From Candidatus Bathyarchaeia archaeon (GTDB lineage Archaea; Thermoproteota; Bathyarchaeia; Bathyarchaeales; Bathycorpusculaceae), in the NCBI GenBank assembly GCA_050012255.1, contig JBEKHN010000005.1:53337-117336 (forward strand): a DNA stretch of 64,000 nucleotides, in the 5' to 3' direction. A program made the translations under genes and the position numbers. Within the stretch, counting starts at the first letter, position 1; every line of letters begins with the position of its first letter. The notes under the pieces were generated by a model that was given only the letters and a program-made list of their open reading frames with translations, was not told the origin of the DNA and made no database searches. Below, in pieces: positions 40,279 to 50,133 of the stretch.

Positions 40279-41463
40279 ATGTCGACGACGCAGCGAGTTT
40301 ACATGGACCATGCGGCTGGAAAACCTGTAGAGCCTCGGGTCACAGAGGCCATGCTGCCTTATATGGAATCGTCTTTCGGCAACGCTTCATCCTTGCACGT
40401 GTTCGGCCAAGAGGCTAAGCGCGCACTTGAAGACGCGCGGGCAAAAGTTGCTGCGTTGATTAACGCTGAAAAAAGGGAGTCTATAATTTTCACTTCAGGA
40501 GCCACCGAGAGCAACAACATGGCAATAAAAGGAGTTGCAAACCGGAACAAGGACCATGGAACACGAATAATAACGTCAGCGATTGAGCACATGTCAGTGG
40601 TCAACTCGTTCAAGTTCTTGACCACAAGAGGATTCGAATCCGTCTTCGTTCCAGTTGACAAGTACGGTTTTGTGATTCTCGAGAACCTGGAAAAAGTATT
40701 GACCGATAAGACAATCTTCGTTTCTATTGTATACGCAAACGGCGAAATAGGAACAGTTGAACACATAAGGGAAATCAGCAAAATTGTGCACAGCAAGAAT
40801 GCTTACTTCCATGTAGATGCCACAGCCGCTTGTGGGCAGGTTCCGATAGACGTGAAAAACGAGAACATAGACCTGCTCACGATCTCCTCCAACGACATGT
40901 ATGGCCCTAAGGGTGTCGGTGCCCTGTACATCAAGGCAGGAGTGCCGGTGGAACCATTGTTACATGGCGGTGGACAGGAACGTGGGTTAAGGTCGGGAAC
41001 AGAAAACCTGCCCGGCATAGTTGGTTTCGGAAAGGCTGCTGAAATAGCCAAGAGGGAAATGCAGACTAATAGTGTCCAGCTGACAAAGTTGAGAGACAGA
41101 TTCATTGATGGTTTGTTGAAGCCAATTCCATATTCATTCTTGAATGGGCATCCGACAGAACGACTGCCTGACAACGTTTCCGTTAGGTACAGTTTCATAG
41201 AGGGTGAATCGATGCTGCTGAGCCTTGACATGATCGGCGTTTATGCGTCGTCAGGTTCAGCCTGCACAGCAAAAACCTTGGAACCCTCGCACGTGCTGTT
41301 AGCAATTGGACTTAAACATGAGGAAGCACATGGTTCCCTGATGTTCACTCTGGGGAAGGAGAACACTGCGGAACAGGTTGACTACGTAATAGGCTTGATG
41401 CCTGCCATAGTAAAAAGGTTAAGAGCGATATCGCCGTTAACTCCGAAGGAGCTGAACGTTTGA
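40279..41463 (+). CDS. iscS: IscS/NifS-family protein with the PLP-binding Lys replaced by Asp
   Basis: TSGATESNN, HVDA, SSNDMYGPKG, SSGSAC. Confidence 0.9.
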   Translation: MSTTQRVYMDHAAGKPVEPRVTEAMLPYMESSFGNASSLHVFGQEAKRALEDARAKVAALINAEKRESIIFTSGATESNNMAIKGVANRNKDHGTRIITSAIEHMSVVNSFKFLTTRGFESVFVPVDKYGFVILENLEKVLTDKTIFVSIVYANGEIGTVEHIREISKIVHSKNAYFHVDATAACGQVPIDVKNENIDLLTISSNDMYGPKGVGALYIKAGVPVEPLLHGGGQERGLRSGTENLPGIVGFGKAAEIAKREMQTNSVQLTKLRDRFIDGLLKPIPYSFLNGHPTERLPDNVSVRYSFIEGESMLLSLDMIGVYASSGSACTAKTLEPSHVLLAIGLKHEEAHGSLMFTLGKENTAEQVDYVIGLMPAIVKRLRAISPLTPKELNV

Positions 41464-41849
41464 TGTACACCGAGAAAGTGATGGAGCATTTCAGAAACCC
41501 ACGGAACATGGGCGAGATCCCGGATGCGGATGGTATAGGCACGGTGGGTAACCCTGTTTGCGGAGACCTCATGACCATCTACATCAAGGTCAAGGACGGT
41601 CGTCTCGAAGACATCAAGTTCAAGACTTTCGGCTGCGGGTCAGCGATCGCGACGAGCAGCATGATCACGGAGCTGGCCAAGGGGAAAACGTTGGAGGAAG
41701 GAATGAAGATCACCCGCGCAAACGTCGCAGACTCTCTCGGCGGCTTGCCACCTGTCAAGATGCACTGTTCAAACCTCGCGGCTGACGCGCTGCACGCTGC
41801 CATAGAGGACTATTTTAAGAGACAGAAGGCCAAAGAGGTGAAAGGATGA
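41460..41849 (+). CDS. iscU: Fe-S scaffold IscU/NifU
   Basis: NPVCGD, FGCGSAIA, KMHCSNLA. Confidence 0.95.
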   Translation: MMYTEKVMEHFRNPRNMGEIPDADGIGTVGNPVCGDLMTIYIKVKDGRLEDIKFKTFGCGSAIATSSMITELAKGKTLEEGMKITRANVADSLGGLPPVKMHCSNLAADALHAAIEDYFKRQKAKEVKG

Positions 41850-42007
41850 AGCCCAAATTCGTCAGATGCGAATACTGCAAGGCTGAGATACAGCAAGAAA
41901 CGTGCAGACTCGCGGCCTACACGACCACGATAGACGGAAAAGAGTACGCCTTCTGCTGCGTCAGATGCGCCGAGCGGTACGAGCAAAAGAAAGCAAAGGC
42001 AAAATAG
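41846..42007 (+). CDS. TRASH/YHS-like small metal-binding protein (53 aa)
   Basis: My translation: CEYC...IDGKEYAFCCVRC; ATGA overlap with the iscU stop. Confidence 0.8.
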   Translation: MKPKFVRCEYCKAEIQQETCRLAAYTTTIDGKEYAFCCVRCAERYEQKKAKAK

Positions 42008-42065
42008 CTGAGAACAAAGTTTTAAGCATTGAACGCGTGACTTCTGTGTTGAAAGGTGATGTGCG

Positions 42066-42284
42066 TTGGCTTGCTGGAAATGGTTTAACGACGTGCTGAA
42101 GGAGGCAGGTGTCAAGGTGACCGACAAGAACAAGGGCAAGGTTGACGAGGTTATTCACAAGTACATCGGTGAGCAGTCGAGCTACGGAAGTTGCTCCGCA
42201 GACTGGCGAAAGGCCAGAACGCAGATTCAGGGAAACGAAAAGATGAAGAAGGAACTGATCGCAAAGCTCAAAGCCTTGACTTAA
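42066..42284 (+). CDS. Small hypothetical protein
   Basis: GGTGA SD; MACWKWF...CSADW. Confidence 0.7.
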   Translation: MACWKWFNDVLKEAGVKVTDKNKGKVDEVIHKYIGEQSSYGSCSADWRKARTQIQGNEKMKKELIAKLKALT

Positions 42285-42435
42285 GATTTTTTCAACCACA
42301 TTCCAATTCTAGACAAACTTCCATTTTTGTTTGATCCTGGCGGTAGTTGAGTGCGGCCTCTCCTGCAGAGGCCTCGCGGCGTTTTTCACAGGTTTCCAAC
42401 GCATGATGCTGAAGACCCGTCTTGGTCAACGGTTT

Positions 42436-43230
42436 TCACTTTGTCCGCAGGGACACATCTCCGGCGAAAACATGTTTGAGGGCTCCGTTCTCAAGCATGA
42501 GAATCAGGACTCCGTCCCTGTCCACGTCATAGGCCAACCCTGTGATCTTTTCGTTTCTGTCTGTCACTTCGACCTGTTGGCCGAGGAAGCCAGCGTACCT
42601 TTTCCATTGCTTAAGAATCGAGCTGAAGCCTCTTCTGGTGTAGAGTACATACGTTGCTTCCAGCTTCTCGAGCAGTCTGTTGAAAAGTTCTTCCAGCTGA
42701 ATTCTTCTGTTAAGCTCGGTTTCCAACGATGTGGCCCTTGCCCTGATCGATTCTGGTAAGACTCGTTCAGCGAAGTTAGCGTTTATTCCGATTCCCAAGA
42801 CGACGGCGTTGATTTCTTTGCCCGTTGAGGTCGTCTCTCCGAGTATGCCGCAGATTTTGCGTCCGTTCACGAGTACGTCGTTGGGCCACTTGGTCTGAGT
42901 CCTCAGGCCGTACTGTTCATGCAGAGTCTCGGCGACTGCGATCCCGGCCACGAATGTGAGTTTGGCAGCCTCCGCCAAGCCTTGTCTAGGCCTGAGAATC
43001 AACGAGAACCACAGCCCCCCAAGAGGTGAGATCCATTCGCGGTCGAGTCTTCCCCGCCCGTGGGTTTGAGTTTCTGCGATCACGACCCATCCCTCTGGGG
43101 CGCCTTGGCTCGCCAGCTTCTTGGCCCACTCGTTTGTTGAGGCGACTTCCTTTGAGAAGAAGATGCTTTTGCCCAGGAGTCTGGTTCTTGAGCCTTTTTG
43201 GAGCTTGCTGGGGTTCAGCCTTTTTGCCAT
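42436..43230 (-). CDS. birA: Biotin-protein ligase
   Basis: STN, QTHGRGR, KWPND, KICGIL, GIGIN. Confidence 0.93.
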   Translation of the reverse strand: MAKRLNPSKLQKGSRTRLLGKSIFFSKEVASTNEWAKKLASQGAPEGWVVIAETQTHGRGRLDREWISPLGGLWFSLILRPRQGLAEAAKLTFVAGIAVAETLHEQYGLRTQTKWPNDVLVNGRKICGILGETTSTGKEINAVVLGIGINANFAERVLPESIRARATSLETELNRRIQLEELFNRLLEKLEATYVLYTRRGFSSILKQWKRYAGFLGQQVEVTDRNEKITGLAYDVDRDGVLILMLENGALKHVFAGDVSLRTK

Positions 43231-43343
43231 GTTAGGTCGCCGTTGGCTGGTTTCATGCGGTCAAACGCATTACCTTTTTTCTGGGTAAGGGTAGCCAAGG
43301 TTGAGTGTGAGGTTCGTCAAGGATTTAAGTTTGGTCTTCGTCT

Positions 43344-44231
43344 ATGCTATTGTTGAAGCAGGTGCGGCGAGTGTTCAACCTTTTTCCCGTGGAGGTTTCA
43401 CTGCTCGCATCATCCTTGGTTCTAACTGCGATGGGTTGTGCTGCGCTGGTCTTTTCGTTGGCGTTAGGCAGGAAATCGCGTGCTCTTGGAAGGCTTTCGA
43501 AGAACTTGTCGGTTGGAGTTTTCAGCAAGACTTTCAACGTTTTCGACCCGAACATGGAGCATAGGAGGATAATAAGCAGCCACACGGGGCTGATTGTTTT
43601 TCTTGCTATTTACGGTTCTTGGTTTGCTGTCACCATCGGTGTTTTCACGACTCTTGCGGCTGGAGGCTTGATGGCCAGCGTTATTTTCCTAGTCTGTGCT
43701 GGACTGCTGATGATTGATGAGACTCACGAGCTGAACAAGAATGCAGGCATCTTCGTTAAAGCGATCAGAGGTGGGACTCGTCTGGGTGTGGGCGATCTGC
43801 ACGCTTTGTTTGTGATGAGGAGGACGTTGCCGAAGTTAAGCCTGTACCATCTGGTCTTGGCAGTCGTGTTTTTCGTTTCTGCGTTTGCGGTTCCGTACCT
43901 TTCAACCATACTCTTTCTGGCATGTGCCGGTGCGGCATCGGTGTTCTTTGCGTTGAGCTCTCTTCTGATGGCTGTTCCCTTGCTGTCCATTCTTGCTGTT
44001 GCAGGTCTTCTCGGCGCGGTTATCGCGATGATCGTGATAGGGAGCAATGAGGTTAGCAGAGTGTTTTTCGGTTTCCCGCGGTCTATACGGTTGGATGTGT
44101 TGGACAGTCAGCTTGACCGGATGAAGATTTACGTGCGTTTCCAGCATCATCGTCCGGGGCTTGGTGTGCCCGAGCCTGAGGAGACCGAGAAATTCAACAG
44201 GAGAGAGCTTGAGGAGCACGGCGGGTCTTAG
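43344..44231 (+). CDS. Membrane protein of unknown function
   Basis: Multiple hydrophobic segments; start uncertain. Confidence 0.65.
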   Translation: MLLLKQVRRVFNLFPVEVSLLASSLVLTAMGCAALVFSLALGRKSRALGRLSKNLSVGVFSKTFNVFDPNMEHRRIISSHTGLIVFLAIYGSWFAVTIGVFTTLAAGGLMASVIFLVCAGLLMIDETHELNKNAGIFVKAIRGGTRLGVGDLHALFVMRRTLPKLSLYHLVLAVVFFVSAFAVPYLSTILFLACAGAASVFFALSSLLMAVPLLSILAVAGLLGAVIAMIVIGSNEVSRVFFGFPRSIRLDVLDSQLDRMKIYVRFQHHRPGLGVPEPEETEKFNRRELEEHGGS

Positions 44232-44537
44232 TCGACGTTTTGAACTGCACCAGCGAGAGAGCCCATGCGCGTTGCACCAGTGTCTTCTTCGTTGCGGTTA
44301 GCCCATGCGTATGGTTAGACCGTGAGAAGTTACAGCATTCCCTGTTTCGCGTTCTCACCCGTCCAACACACCCTACCTCCCTCCCCCTAGGTTTTTTCCG
44401 CAGCAAGCACTGTTAACGAGTCTCTAGCGGGCACTACTTGAGTTTTGTTGATGGTTGCGGCGCGGTTTTCAACATAGAGTTTGGAGCGTGCGCCCCAGAG
44501 AAATCGATTTAAACTGGTGCAGTTGGATATCTCGACT

Positions 44538-45095
44538 ATGAGTGCTCCGGTTAACATGTTGGGTTTTGCTGGAAGTCTCCGCAAGAACTCATACAATAAG
44601 GCGTTGCTGCGCGCAGCTGATGAACTAGTCCCCACGAATGCGAAGCTCGGGATTTTTGACCTTCTTGGAATTCCGCCGTTCAATCAAGACCTAGAGACTC
44701 AGCCGCCTCAGAAGGTCAAGGAGTTCAAGGCCAGAATCAGAGGGGCAGACGCGATACTGATTGCGACGCCCGAATACAACTATTCGATACCTGGCGTGCT
44801 CAAAAACGCGATCGATTGGGCTTCAAGACCTCCAGCTGATAATGCTTGGGAGGGCAAACCTGTGGCCATAATGGGCGCGTCTACAGGAAGATTTGGCACA
44901 GCGAGGGCGCAGTATCATCTGCGGCAATGTTTCGTTGGGCTTGACATGCACGCCGTCAACTATCCGGAGGTTATGATAGCTCATGCAGCACAGTGTTTTG
45001 ACGACCCGGGCAGGCTGAAGGATGAGAAAGCAAGAGAGCTGATCGCCGAACTGCTGCAAAACCTGGTCGACTTAACCAGAAAATTCCAGAGCTAA
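44538..45095 (+). CDS. NADPH-dependent FMN reductase
   Basis: GSLRKNSYN, TPEYNYSIPGVLKNAIDW, GKPV. Confidence 0.93.
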   Translation: MSAPVNMLGFAGSLRKNSYNKALLRAADELVPTNAKLGIFDLLGIPPFNQDLETQPPQKVKEFKARIRGADAILIATPEYNYSIPGVLKNAIDWASRPPADNAWEGKPVAIMGASTGRFGTARAQYHLRQCFVGLDMHAVNYPEVMIAHAAQCFDDPGRLKDEKARELIAELLQNLVDLTRKFQS

Positions 45096-45151
45096 CACGG
45101 CCTTCAAGCGTTTGTGAGCACGAGAGCCAAAGTTTGATCCTCAACTAGTCT

Positions 45152-45538
45152 TCACACGATGTAGGTAGGCCTCAGCTCTGTGCTCTGACTTAGACAGCCT
45201 TTGTACCTTGCAAGCATGTCGTTTAATCCCCTCTCCAAGTCTTCTTTAGACATTAGGCCAACAGCCTGTCCCACTGGTCTTCCCCTGCACAGGAACAGCA
45301 ACGTAGGAGTGCTCATCACACCGAAATTGTTCGCTATCTCCTGATTAGATGAGCTTGCAAGCACGTTCAGCTTCGCAAACTTTACCTTCCCTCTGTACTC
45401 TTCTGCGACCTCCTCGAGAATGGGGTTGAACCTAAAACACCATGGACATCGCTCATGCCAGAAGTAAACAATCGTCAGAATAGTGGACTTTGAAATTTCC
45501 GGTTCCCAGTTGCTCGCATCCACGTCCGAAGTCTCCAT
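45152..45538 (-). CDS. Thioredoxin
   Basis: FWHERCPWC, GVMSTPT. Confidence 0.9.
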   Translation of the reverse strand: METSDVDASNWEPEISKSTILTIVYFWHERCPWCFRFNPILEEVAEEYRGKVKFAKLNVLASSSNQEIANNFGVMSTPTLLFLCRGRPVGQAVGLMSKEDLERGLNDMLARYKGCLSQSTELRPTYIV

Positions 45539-45583
45539 GACAATCACGCCTTGGATAACGCGAGAAAAGATGTATTAAATGTT

Positions 45584-46165
45584 TCAGCTAGGAACCATAG
45601 GTAAACTTTCGATTTCTTGCCGCCGCCTCAGTTTTCCTCGGATTCTTTGAATCAAAAATGCCAGCATGGTGACCCATGCGACTATTGCAAGCAGGCTCGT
45701 AATAGCGATCACCGTGGGGTCGGCAGTGTCTATCAAGAAGGCTGTCGAAATTGCCGCAAGAAAAACAGCCAGATAAAAGCCGCCTCGACTGCTTGAGAAT
45801 TCCTTGAACTCCTTCAGGACCGTCCTTGAATATCTGTTCAGTAGAACGAGTATCGATGCTGAAGCCAAGAATATTATTATGAACGTGTAGCTTGCTCCAG
45901 CCCAGTAGTTGTTACTCTCAAGTGTCAGCAAAATTCCCGCTTCATCGCCTATTAGTCCACCTCCAGCCCCAAAGATTATCGCAGCAAGTCGATCAACCCG
46001 CGGATCATTGTAGCTGATGCCAAGCCAACCGCCTACAGCGAGCATGATTATGCCGTACCAAAAATGGTGAACGTGGAAACCAGAAGGAGAAAGAATCACG
46101 TTCGGGCTCAGAGCCGTGAACGTTCTGGCTGCAGCAAACGAGAGAGCAAAGGATACCAAGGCCAC
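45584..46165 (-). CDS. Membrane protein (HVHHFWYG...GLIGDE family)
   Basis: His-rich motif, several TM; start uncertain. Confidence 0.75.
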   Translation of the reverse strand: MALVSFALSFAAARTFTALSPNVILSPSGFHVHHFWYGIIMLAVGGWLGISYNDPRVDRLAAIIFGAGGGLIGDEAGILLTLESNNYWAGASYTFIIIFLASASILVLLNRYSRTVLKEFKEFSSSRGGFYLAVFLAAISTAFLIDTADPTVIAITSLLAIVAWVTMLAFLIQRIRGKLRRRQEIESLPMVPS

Positions 46166-46306
46166 GGCGGACAGGTTAGGCCGTCTCTCTATGTTCTCTA
46201 TTTCTTCCCTGATCTTCTGTACACTCCTACCAGCTTATGAGGGCGCGGTTCACGCTGATCGAATGATAATGATTGTTACATCATCTGATCAGCACGTTTG
46301 TTCATG

Positions 46307-46852
46307 TTAGAAAGTTCTGAATTTGTCTTTTGAAGCGTTGCAGATTGGACATTTTTCTGGCGCATCGCCCTCGACCGTGTAGCCGCATACAGTGCATACC
46401 TGCACAGGTTGCAAAGTTACGTCTTTTTTCTGGTCTACAGCTGCCTTCGCTTTCTTGTACAAGCTCAAGTGGATCTTTTCAGCTTCTAAGGCCCATGTGA
46501 AGCTTGTCTCAGCCGACTTCTCGCCTTGAAACTGGGCTACAGCCTTGTATGCCGGGTACATCTCGTTGATCTCAAAGCTTTCCCCGTCGATGCCTGCTTG
46601 CAGATCTTCTGAAGTGCTTGTGGACCCGAAAACTGCGGCTGAAACTGTTGTTGCTCCCCCCTTGGTGAGTATGTGCCTGAAATGGTTACCTGCATGAACT
46701 CTCTCGGCGAAGGCCACGGCATCAAAAAGTCTAGCTATGTTGAGAAAGCCCAGGTTCTTGGCTCTCTCTGCAAAGATCTTGTATCTCATGTGAGCTTGGC
46801 TTTCACCTGCGTACGCGCTTCGAAGGTTCGTTTCAGTCATTTCTCTAACCAT
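46307..46852 (-). CDS. rbr: Rubrerythrin
   Basis: AGESQA, ERVHA, EKIH, CTVCGY...CPIC. Confidence 0.95.
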   Translation of the reverse strand: MVREMTETNLRSAYAGESQAHMRYKIFAERAKNLGFLNIARLFDAVAFAERVHAGNHFRHILTKGGATTVSAAVFGSTSTSEDLQAGIDGESFEINEMYPAYKAVAQFQGEKSAETSFTWALEAEKIHLSLYKKAKAAVDQKKDVTLQPVQVCTVCGYTVEGDAPEKCPICNASKDKFRTF

Positions 46853-46954
46853 TTACGTCACACTTCCACCTAGTCTTGTGCGCAGCTTCTTTTAAGGAGA
46901 AGCCAGAGCACGCATATATATCTTCATCGACCTAGGTTAACCTGAGGCCTGGAA

Positions 46955-47299
46955 TTGGACGAGCAGGTTGATTTTAATCTAGCCTCCCCGTGTGGTAGCT
47001 ACTGTGGCGAGTGTAACTCTTACAAGAAGAATTGCAGTGGCTGCGGCTACGTGAAGGGAAAGCCTTTCTGGGGCGAATGCCGCTTCTACTCCTGCGTCAG
47101 AGAGAAGAAAGTTGAACACTGCGGCCTGTGTCGTGACTTTCCATGCGACTATTTCCTTTCAACGTACGACCCGAGCGAAGGAAAATGGCGCGTCTTCTAC
47201 AGGGCTGGTCAACTAGCCTACAGAAAAAAGGTCGGAACCAACGCTTGGATAGAAGAGAAGGCAAGAGGCGGAAACCCAGACCCGAAGTACAAAGAATGA
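46955..47299 (+). CDS. DUF3795 Cys-rich protein (divergent copy 3)
   Basis: PCGSYCGEC...CSGC...CGLCRDFPC. Confidence 0.82.
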   Translation: MDEQVDFNLASPCGSYCGECNSYKKNCSGCGYVKGKPFWGECRFYSCVREKKVEHCGLCRDFPCDYFLSTYDPSEGKWRVFYRAGQLAYRKKVGTNAWIEEKARGGNPDPKYKE

Positions 47300-48235
47300 C
47301 TATGGCATTTTGCTCAAAGTCACTTCGAAGAACTGCTCGAAACCTCTGCGGAAGACTGTTGTTCTCACTTTTTCGCTGACCCTTCTCTTGTGAATATCGT
47401 TCAACAGGTCCTCGATGGTGTCGATCTTCACGTTGTCCATTCTCAGGATTATGTCGCCCATAATCAGACCTGCTTGCTGTGCTGGGCTTCCGTCAGTGAC
47501 CTTGGATATGAGAACACCATGCTCTAACGGCAGATTGTAGTATTGAGCTATGTCCTCGTTAAGGCTTAGGCCTACTATCCCGAGCCAAGGTCTGACAGAA
47601 ACCCCGTCCCTTATCATTTCGCCCGTGCACTTCTTCGCCATGTTTATTGGAATAGCAAACCCTATCCCTTGAGCATACGGAATTATCGCGGTGTTTATCG
47701 CGATGACCTTTCCCTCAAGGTCCACGAGAGGGCCGCCGCTGTTTCCAGGGTTTATCGGCGCGTCAGTTTGGACCAGGTTTTCCACTAGCCCTCTCTGAGA
47801 TTCTATCGTTCTCTTGGTTGCGCTGATCACTCCAGACGTAACTGTGGGCCCCCCAGCCAATCCGAACGGGTTTCCGATTGCATAGACTCTCTGGCCAACC
47901 CTCAGCTTTTCCGAATCTCCCAACTCTGCGGCTTCCAAGCCTTGTTTTTTGACTCGCACGATTGCAGTGTCGTGTACGGCGCACGCCCCCACTATCGTCC
48001 CCTCCAATACTTCCCCATTCCACAGCGTCACACCTATCTTCTTAGCGCCTCCGACAACGTGGTTGTTAGTCAATATATCCCCTTTCGGGTCTATTATCGT
48101 CCCAGAACCCATGCCCTCCACGGGGACCGCCTGATAAAACATTCCACTGACAAGCTTAACCGTGCTTATGTTCACAACGCTTTTGCTCACTCTTTCCAGA
48201 ATATCAAGAACAACCTTCTCATCGAAGGAAGACAT
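47300..48235 (-). CDS. HtrA/DegP-like serine protease with PDZ domain
   Basis: TNNHV, GNPFG, INPGNSGGP, C-terminal PDZ; no signal peptide. Confidence 0.93.
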   Translation of the reverse strand: MSSFDEKVVLDILERVSKSVVNISTVKLVSGMFYQAVPVEGMGSGTIIDPKGDILTNNHVVGGAKKIGVTLWNGEVLEGTIVGACAVHDTAIVRVKKQGLEAAELGDSEKLRVGQRVYAIGNPFGLAGGPTVTSGVISATKRTIESQRGLVENLVQTDAPINPGNSGGPLVDLEGKVIAINTAIIPYAQGIGFAIPINMAKKCTGEMIRDGVSVRPWLGIVGLSLNEDIAQYYNLPLEHGVLISKVTDGSPAQQAGLIMGDIILRMDNVKIDTIEDLLNDIHKRRVSEKVRTTVFRRGFEQFFEVTLSKMP

Positions 48236-48239
48236 CCTT

Positions 48240-48644
48240 CTACCTTCTGTTTTTGTCCAACCTCAGCTCCATGCAGAAGCCGCACTCTTCTATTTTGATT
48301 TTCGGGTCTGACTTCCTGCAGAATCGGCACACCATACCTGTTTTCCGTATGGTTGCACACGTCTCGCAGAAGAGCTGCAGGAACTCTGCCCTCTGGTGCT
48401 CTCCGTTCACGACCATTATCACCATGCTGGTAATGAGAGGTCGGGCTTCCTGCACTTTGTCAACTTCTATGACGTGTCCTCTGACCTTTCTGAAGTACTT
48501 GCTCACTGCAGACTGCGATATCCCAAGGACTTCTGCCACTTGTTCCTGGTTCATGCCATGCTCTTCGACTAGTTGTTGTGCCATTAACGCCTTCACTGCT
48601 GGCACGACTGATTTTACAGCGACTTCGCACGGAAGTATCAACAA
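48240..48644 (-). CDS. HTH transcriptional regulator with Cys-rich C-terminus
   Basis: PCE, QEQVAEVLGISQSAVSKY, CETC/CRFC/CGFC. Confidence 0.85.
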   Translation of the reverse strand: MLILPCEVAVKSVVPAVKALMAQQLVEEHGMNQEQVAEVLGISQSAVSKYFRKVRGHVIEVDKVQEARPLITSMVIMVVNGEHQRAEFLQLFCETCATIRKTGMVCRFCRKSDPKIKIEECGFCMELRLDKNRR

Positions 48645-48686
48645 GTATTCACCGTTTGATTTAGGATGGTGGAAAAGTATATAAAG

Positions 48687-48721
48687 ATGACGTATGTCAT
48701 ACTGTTTATGACGTATGTCAT
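48687..48721. promoter_or_regulatory. Tandem operator ATGACGTATGTCAT x2
   Basis: Identical ATGAC-N4-GTCAT at 48687-48700 and 48708-48721, next to TATATAAA; partial third copy at 48785. Confidence 0.75.
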
Positions 48722-48812
48722 GACAGGTTTAGCATCCCCGGAATCTGGTTTTGAGCGCAAATCCGACTCCTTTCTCAGCCTGCCATGACGTACGCCTGAA
48801 GGTAATCGACAG

Positions 48813-49853
48813 ATGGAAACTCAAAATCACTCAAGCTCGGCTTTGGATGCGGAAAAGTATGCAAGCCTGGTAGACATCCTGAAGAGTTTGGAAGAGAAGT
48901 GTAAGAACTGTAAACCTCTCAGCCCCATCACATGCATAACGGATTGTAAGACTTGGAGGCTGAAAAACCAGCTTAGAAAGATAAACGAAAAAATGCAGAG
49001 ACCAAATTTTGTGGAACAGTTGCTGAACACGCTGAAGAACGGCAGACGACTGCAAATACTCGACCTGATTTCAAGACAGGGCTATTCCCTATCTCAACTT
49101 CAGCAGAAGCTGACATCACTTGGCTATCACCATAGTCAGCAAACTATAGTTGAGGAATACGTCAACCCGTTGGTCGAGGTCGGGCTTGTACAAGAAGCCC
49201 AGAATCCCTTTCACGCAACTGTGCTTGGCTGCAAAGTCAACGAGTTCGTAAAGAATTTCCAGGATTTGGAAAACGTTCTGCCTCCTCACTCCGAATGCTA
49301 CGAAGAAACAATATTGGATGCTCTCATAGAAAGACCTAGAACCTACCAAGACGCGAGAATGATGATTCCAGCCAAGAGTGTTGCGCGAGTCCTCAGCCGA
49401 CTGCAGAGGACAGGATTAATCGAGACGAGCAAGGAAAAAAACTACATATTCATATTCAAAACAAGAAGAGATTCAAATCTAGAAAAGTTCTCGCCGACTG
49501 AGAGAAGAGTGTACCAGAACATTCCTGCGGACGGGGTCTCTGCAAGGAAACTATCGGAGAAGACGGGAATCTCACTGAGAAGAACGTACAAGTATCTGAG
49601 AAAGTTGAAGGGAAAGAAGCTGGTCTTCACGAGAAAAGAACCGCTAGCCTACTCCCTGACCGCCAAGGGTGCCGAAGTAGCTACGATGTTGAGAGCAATA
49701 CGTAACCTAGCAAAGGAAACACAAGCAATAACAGCAAAACTTCTAAGAAACGAGGAGACGACTGAGCCTCTAGCGCAAAAGACCGATTTCGCACGGAAGA
49801 AAGACGAAGAAATCATAACATTGACGGGTGCACCCTACACTCGACATTATTAG
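48813..49853 (+). CDS. Multi-winged-helix DNA-binding protein with N-terminal 4-Cys motif
   Basis: CKNC-x7-CITDC, then several wHTH-like units (RRLQILDLI; ARKLSEKTGISLRRTYKYL). Confidence 0.75.
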   Translation: METQNHSSSALDAEKYASLVDILKSLEEKCKNCKPLSPITCITDCKTWRLKNQLRKINEKMQRPNFVEQLLNTLKNGRRLQILDLISRQGYSLSQLQQKLTSLGYHHSQQTIVEEYVNPLVEVGLVQEAQNPFHATVLGCKVNEFVKNFQDLENVLPPHSECYEETILDALIERPRTYQDARMMIPAKSVARVLSRLQRTGLIETSKEKNYIFIFKTRRDSNLEKFSPTERRVYQNIPADGVSARKLSEKTGISLRRTYKYLRKLKGKKLVFTRKEPLAYSLTAKGAEVATMLRAIRNLAKETQAITAKLLRNEETTEPLAQKTDFARKKDEEIITLTGAPYTRHY

Positions 49854-50133
49854 CCCCGTTCGCCCAAATCGATTGTCAGCTTCCTAAGCGTGCACGTCAC
49901 GATTCTTGCAAAGTGGCGCGATAATCATTTTTCCCCTTCTCTAACCAGCCTTCGACGCCTATCCTTTGACTGGTAGGTCTGTAGGTTCTGGTTCTTGGGA
50001 AAAAGCACGGTCAAAAAAGAGTGGCAAAATGCATTGTCTACAGTGCCCCACCAGACAGAAAGGCTTAAGGAATTTCAAGCACATACTCTTTAGAAGTGCC
50101 TCGAAGTCTTTCAAAGACCGAGAGTGAGAAGGT

